IMG/VR virus record: IMGVR_UViG_3300040770_000189
Span: 1-36,969 of that record
From: a virus
Reading direction: 5' to 3' (one strand)
DNA: 36,969 bases
Shown: positions 32,996-36,969 of the stretch, piece by piece
Numbering within the stretch: the stretch's first letter is position 1
Layout of the letters: each line of letters starts with the position of its first letter
Program-made: the position numbers and the translations under genes
Notes under the pieces: generated by a model
Database searches by the model: none
The model's input: only the letters and a program-made list of their open reading frames with translations
What the model was told of the DNA's origin: nothing

Positions 32996-33601
32996 TTACT
33001 TTAATTCAATAGGTTTATCTGAAATCATAGAGCAGGAAAAGAAAATTTCATTCCTTGAGCCTTCTTTTTCGGCGAATTGTGGCGCTGTTATTACTACGGT
33101 TGTAATATCAAAGTAATCTAAAAAAGCGCTAATAACTTCAATTTCCTTAGGAACCGAACAAATAACTTTTAGCTTTCTAATTTCTTCTTCAGGAAATCCG
33201 TTTGTCGCCTGAACTCCAAAGCCTGAATTCGTTCTAAAACTTTCGCCTGTTATAACACCTTGACAGTTAATTATATAATCGCCGTCTGCAATAAATTGTT
33301 TTATTGTTCCGGCTTTACCGCTTACGGCTGTTCTTATAATGTTTCTTTCAAGTGAAACGTCAAAAAGAACCGTGTCTATTCTTACGCCTTCGTAATTTAT
33401 AACAACGCCTTCAAGGTCTGTATATTGGCCAGCTGGTATTTCTAAGTTAGAATAAACAGGCGTTCCGAACATTGACCTTTTATCAAAGCTTTCTTCATTT
33501 GATCCTAAATTTTCACGAAATACAGCTGTTTTTAATTCCGAAACAGTACGGCCTTTTACATTTAAAAATAATTCGTCGAATGAAAAATTCTTTGTATTCA
33601 T
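32996..33601 (-). CDS. tail/baseplate protein (in the position of Mu gp43)
   Basis: Synteny only. Confidence 0.3.
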   Translation of the reverse strand: MNTKNFSFDELFLNVKGRTVSELKTAVFRENLGSNEESFDKRSMFGTPVYSNLEIPAGQYTDLEGVVINYEGVRIDTVLFDVSLERNIIRTAVSGKAGTIKQFIADGDYIINCQGVITGESFRTNSGFGVQATNGFPEEEIRKLKVICSVPKEIEVISAFLDYFDITTVVITAPQFAEKEGSRNEIFFSCSMISDKPIELK

Positions 33602-35224
33602 TTATTCTGAAATTATCTGCATATCATTTACAGCGGTTAACAATAGTTTCGTTATTTCTTCTTTTAGCTTTGCTGATCCTTCGGTTAAATTAGTTGTATT
33701 TATATTCAAATCTTTTACTAAATTTCCTATTGAAATGTAAAAATTTTTAGGCGCCGAACTTCTTACTTCAGAAATTCCAGCGTCTAAGCCTTTACTTGAA
33801 CCAGCACCAGCAAGCGCTGGAACCTGAATTTTTGAACCCGCTTTTTTTCCTTTGTCAGCTTTTAATTTTGCTTTGTCCTTTTCAGCTTTTGACATTGTTT
33901 CGTTGTAAGCTTTTCCGTAAGCGTCACCGGCTCCCTTGGTCAAGCTTTCGGCTACGTTCACACCAAAACCGGTCAAAGGGTTCGTTTTTAAAATATCTTT
34001 TCCTAAGTTAGCCATAATAGCCGGAATGGCTTTAAAATCACCTGAAAATATAGCTGAAAATAATTTTCCTACACCTGAAAAAGCTGACATAATCGCTTTT
34101 GGTATTTGGGTGAAAGCTTTTATTACTAAATTAGGTATATTTGTGAAAGTGGTCATTATATTTGAACCTACTGCTTTTATTGACGCCCAAGCACCATTAA
34201 CAACAGCGCGAAAAGTATCAAATTGCTGATAAGCTACGACTATTCCAGCGACTAAAGCGCCAATAGCTACGACTACAATTCCAATAGGGTTCGCTGTCAT
34301 TGCTGTATTAAGTAACCATTGTGCAACGGTTAAAACTCCCGTTTTTACCGCTAAACCTGTTGTAATTACTCCATAAGCAAGTAAACCACCAGCAACCACA
34401 CCTATAACAGTGGCAAAAACGCGCGCGCCTGTAGAACCTGAAACAGTCCAATCGACAAAAGAAGAAATTGCAGTAACGGCCGACATAAGGCCTGAAGTCG
34501 CTCCGGCTATAGCTGGTTTTAAATTAGTACCTATTTTTAAATAAAGTCCTGTAACTGTATCGCTTAAATTAGACAATTTACCGCCTGTAGTAGCCGAAAT
34601 TCCAGCCATTGAGCCGGAAACGCCAGCAAGATCGCCGAGACTTAAAATGTAATCTTTTACGGCTTCATCTGTCAATTTCATTATTTTGGTTTGGCCTTTA
34701 AAAGTAAAACTTACTTTATCGCCTTGTTTAGAAGCGCGAATTCCAAATTCTTTTAAGCGTTCAAACTCTCCAACTTGCGCGTCAATCAAAGCTTCAGCTA
34801 GTTGGTTCATTTCTTTTCCTTTTGAGCTTGCTAGGTCTCCAAGCTTAGTCATTTCGGTCATAGTAGGAACAAAGCCTTGGTTCGCTAATCGAACAAAAGA
34901 ATCGGTCAATCCGTCAACCTCAAAAGGCGTTTTAGAAGCAAAGTTTGTGATGTCTTGCATCGCTTTTTGTGCTTCGCTTTCGCTTCCAAGCGTAGTCTTT
35001 AAAACAGCGCCGAATTTTTCGAATTTTGCCAAGGTGTCCACAACTGAAGCACCTAAAGCAAAAACAGAAATTCCGGCCATAATTCCGCCGACTATTTTCA
35101 TCGCCGTACCGATACCACTGACTTTTATTTTGGTTCTGTCTGCTTCTTCTTGCGCGTGTCGCATTCCAGCAATAAAATTGACGTCTTTTAATTTTATAGT
35201 ATATATTTCGGTATTATCTGCCAT
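33602..35224 (-). CDS. tail tape measure protein
   Basis: ITNFASKTPFEVDGLTDSFVRLANQGFVPT..MTKLGDLASSKG fits the TP901-type tape measure core. It has a long Gly/Ala/Val-rich hydrophobic middle. 540 aa. Confidence 0.8.
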   Translation of the reverse strand: MADNTEIYTIKLKDVNFIAGMRHAQEEADRTKIKVSGIGTAMKIVGGIMAGISVFALGASVVDTLAKFEKFGAVLKTTLGSESEAQKAMQDITNFASKTPFEVDGLTDSFVRLANQGFVPTMTEMTKLGDLASSKGKEMNQLAEALIDAQVGEFERLKEFGIRASKQGDKVSFTFKGQTKIMKLTDEAVKDYILSLGDLAGVSGSMAGISATTGGKLSNLSDTVTGLYLKIGTNLKPAIAGATSGLMSAVTAISSFVDWTVSGSTGARVFATVIGVVAGGLLAYGVITTGLAVKTGVLTVAQWLLNTAMTANPIGIVVVAIGALVAGIVVAYQQFDTFRAVVNGAWASIKAVGSNIMTTFTNIPNLVIKAFTQIPKAIMSAFSGVGKLFSAIFSGDFKAIPAIMANLGKDILKTNPLTGFGVNVAESLTKGAGDAYGKAYNETMSKAEKDKAKLKADKGKKAGSKIQVPALAGAGSSKGLDAGISEVRSSAPKNFYISIGNLVKDLNINTTNLTEGSAKLKEEITKLLLTAVNDMQIISE

Positions 35225-35233
35225 AATTATTTA

Positions 35234-35428
35234 TTAAAAAGTAGATTTTCTTTTGCTTTCAAAATGCAAAGCAAATTTTAAATCGTTCCAGCGCTTCGCA
35301 AAATCCAAGTCAGTCAACGCGTTCGGGTCTTCTTTGAAGTAAAACCGTATCAAAGCGCTCATTTTCCTGACTTCAAAAACGTCGTCGTTGTCAGGTTCAT
35401 TTATTGCGTGCTGACTTATATCTTTTTT
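35234..35428 (-). CDS. -1 frame extension of the tail assembly chaperone (fusion product spans 35234..35967)
   Basis: The -1 frame is open for 62 codons from the slippery site (DISQHAINEPDNDDVFEVRKMSALIRFYFKEDPNALTDLDFAKRWNDLKFALHFESKRKSTF). It stops 9 nt before the tape measure ATG. Confidence 0.6.
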   Translation of the reverse strand, partial: KKDISQHAINEPDNDDVFEVRKMSALIRFYFKEDPNALTDLDFAKRWNDLKFALHFESKRKSTF

Positions 35429-35967
35429 AGGCTGGTTTCTTTTGCTTCAATTCTGTAATAAGAAGCTAAACAAGCCGGAACCAATAATTCAGGGTTTTCT
35501 TTAATTTCTTGGTCTCCTTCGATCCAGCAATTTTCTAAAATCATTTTTCCGGCTGTCAACGGTAAAGGGTTCCCAGCGTTCGGCCTTATAAGTCCAAGCG
35601 CGTCTTCTAAAACATTTCTGTCTATGTCTTTTCTTAAAATACAGCTATATTTTTTTCCTTCGGTTTCAACTGTAATCTTATCGCCTTCAATTTCGTAAGA
35701 CAATAATTCAATTATTTTGTAAGCTTCAAGACAGGCGCGAGTAAAGAAGGCGCTGTTTTTATCTGTAGTGTATTTTTTGTCACCCTCTATAAATAAAGAA
35801 TTTAATAAAATTTCTCCGGCCGTTATCATTTTGGGAAATTGTCTGAATGTATAGCCAAGACAAGCTTCAGCAACGTGAAAAGACAAAGGCGCTAGTTTCC
35901 CAACAGCGCCTTCAACTTCAATTTCGTAACGTATTTTTTTAGTAATTTTTGATTTTTTAGCGTCCAT
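35416..35967 (-). CDS. tail assembly chaperone (zero-frame product) with an internal duplication
   Basis: Lies between the tube and the tape measure. Two related segments: ITAGEILLNSLFIEGDKK...ACLEAYKIIE and LTAGKMILENCWIEGDQE...ACLASYYRIE. It ends in a slippery A_AAA_AAG. Confidence 0.65.
   Translation of the reverse strand: MDAKKSKITKKIRYEIEVEGAVGKLAPLSFHVAEACLGYTFRQFPKMITAGEILLNSLFIEGDKKYTTDKNSAFFTRACLEAYKIIELLSYEIEGDKITVETEGKKYSCILRKDIDRNVLEDALGLIRPNAGNPLPLTAGKMILENCWIEGDQEIKENPELLVPACLASYYRIEAKETSLKKI
35422..35428 (-). promoter_or_regulatory. programmed -1 ribosomal frameshift heptamer A_AAA_AAG
   Basis: Minus-sense CTA AAA AAG ATA TAA. The canonical X_XXY_YYZ site ends two codons before the zero-frame stop. 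Confidence 0.6.
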
Positions 35968-36003
35968 TTTTTTATAATTTTTGCTAAAAATACAACTTTT
36001 TTT

Positions 36004-36423
36004 TTATCTGTATAAAATATGCGACGGAATTAAATCAAAACTCATTTTTATATCAGTGTCATCGGTTCCAGCGTCAACGCCGTCAGTCGTAAATTCACAG
36101 TTTTTTATTACGTGCGTTACTACTTTTTGAGCGTTTAAAAAGTGAACTTCAATGTCAAAAGCTGGCAAAGCCAAAAGCGAACCGTTAGGCGCTACGTCTC
36201 GGAGTGCTTCGACGTCATTCATTGAAATCTCAATTGAAGCTTTTGTTTCTATTTTTCCAACGCCACGCGAAACAGGACGCGAACCCGTTCCGTAGTTGTT
36301 AGATTTTTGCTGTTCTTCAGTATAATTTATTTTTGAAACCGAAGGCGTAGGAACGCCCGCAAGCTTAACAATAATATCAACGTAAGAATAAGCGCGTCCG
36401 TTAATTAAGGGTATATTTTCCAT
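36004..36423 (-). CDS. tail tube protein
   Basis: 139 aa, immediately after the sheath gene. NGRAYSYVDIIVKLAGVP...INYTEEQQKSNNYGTGSRPVSRGVGKIE..SIEISMNDVEAL fits the myovirus tube pattern. Confidence 0.65.
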   Translation of the reverse strand: MENIPLINGRAYSYVDIIVKLAGVPTPSVSKINYTEEQQKSNNYGTGSRPVSRGVGKIETKASIEISMNDVEALRDVAPNGSLLALPAFDIEVHFLNAQKVVTHVIKNCEFTTDGVDAGTDDTDIKMSFDLIPSHILYR

Positions 36424-36426
36424 TTT

Positions 36427-36969
36427 TTAAGATATTTTTACGGCAAAGCCAATATTTACTTCGATTTTTCTTGCAACACCAACAGGAACTATTTTAAGAG
36501 AAAGAACTATTTTTGAAGAACTAATTACGTCCTGAGAAGGATTAATTTCGACTTCAAAAGTTGAAACTTCGCCGTCTTTCTGCATAACCTCAAGACCTCG
36601 GCGCGCGTCATTTCTGAAGCTTGCAATTGTATCTTCAGTCAAAGTCCCGTTTTCATTAACGTATAAAGGGGCGTTTAAGCTTGGTAAAAGGAATTTTCTA
36701 CAAGAACGAACAGCCTTGTCGATAGTCCTATTATTTTCTATAAAAGCATAATCTGAAGCCGTATCTGTTGACGTAGGCGAATCATTGAAGTAAGTTCCAG
36801 CGGTTCCTACGTGCTTTTTTATAAAGATATAACCTTTTGAATTTATAGCTTCAATAGCGCCTTCGCTTATCGTTTTTAAAAGTGTTCCGTCAGTAGACAA
36901 GGCCGGAACGTCGAATTCATTTGTCGCGTTTTTAGCTACATTAAAGCGACCAACCCAGCCTATATTTTC
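36427..36969 (-). CDS. contractile tail sheath protein, C-terminal part (continues from 1..691 through the circular junction)
   Basis: The track 'M' at 36900 is a TTG (Leu) codon inside an open frame that continues to 36969 (ENIGWVGRFNVAKNATNEFDVPA-LSTDG...). It is in frame with 1..691. Confidence 0.6.
   Translation of the reverse strand, partial: ENIGWVGRFNVAKNATNEFDVPALSTDGTLLKTISEGAIEAINSKGYIFIKKHVGTAGTYFNDSPTSTDTASDYAFIENNRTIDKAVRSCRKFLLPSLNAPLYVNENGTLTEDTIASFRNDARRGLEVMQKDGEVSTFEVEINPSQDVISSSKIVLSLKIVPVGVARKIEVNIGFAVKIS
36915..36969. repeat. 55-nt exact copy of 1..55
   Basis: See the feature at 1..55. Confidence 0.9.

Noticed and set aside
34686-35237. 183-aa plus-strand ORF inside the tape measure gene. 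Similar ORFs lie at 33472..33693, 33796..34011, 33936..34229, 31560..31754, 31953..32153, 26060..26305 and 25221..25457.
   Set aside because: These ORFs are antisense to well-supported minus-strand genes. Their Ser/Pro/Cys/Phe-rich composition is typical of the reverse frame of an AT-rich gene. They have no coupled boundaries or motifs.
1-36969. Search for an integrase, excisionase, CI/Cro-type repressor, att-like repeats, tRNA genes, a DNA polymerase, methyltransferases, or reverse transcriptase/DGR elements.
   Set aside because: I recognised no ORF with the corresponding motifs and no cloverleaf-like sequence in the few intergenic gaps. Absence by eye is not proof, and a profile search could still find divergent members.

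Overview
The window is a complete, circularly closed phage genome. Bases 1-55 are repeated exactly at 36915-36969, giving a unit length of 36,914 bp. It is AT-rich and encodes a contractile-tailed dsDNA phage. The host is most likely a Bacteroidota (Flavobacteriia-like) bacterium: there are TAnnTTTG -7 boxes in intergenic gaps, no Shine-Dalgarno sequences, and signal peptides ending in FSQ.

Almost all genes lie on the minus strand in one long leftward series:
- a divergent control region at 21041-21159;
- early/replication genes: SF2 helicase, PolB-exo-like 3'-5' exonuclease, an HNH-like protein, a stand-alone Topo VI-A/Spo11-like protein, an outer-membrane beta-barrel protein, and an AEP primase plus VirE-type helicase;
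- a 320-bp gap packed with TGGAACRTT repeats;
- VRR-NUC nuclease, TerS and TerL;
- a Mu-like head module: portal, MuF fusion, gpG-like protein, ClpP protease-scaffold and capsid;
- across the circular junction, the sheath, tube, a chaperone with a -1 frameshift, the tape measure, the baseplate and two fibre genes;
- a lysis cassette ending at 24431.

A 3.3-kb rightward operon (21160-24434) carries an SSB-like protein and an SMC/Rad50-like ATPase and converges on the lysis genes. A second small rightward cassette (3147-3820) is inserted antisense inside the head module.

I recognised no integrase, repressor, DNA polymerase, tRNA or CRISPR array. All product calls come from reading motifs and gene order by eye. 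No database search was run, so family names are hypotheses.
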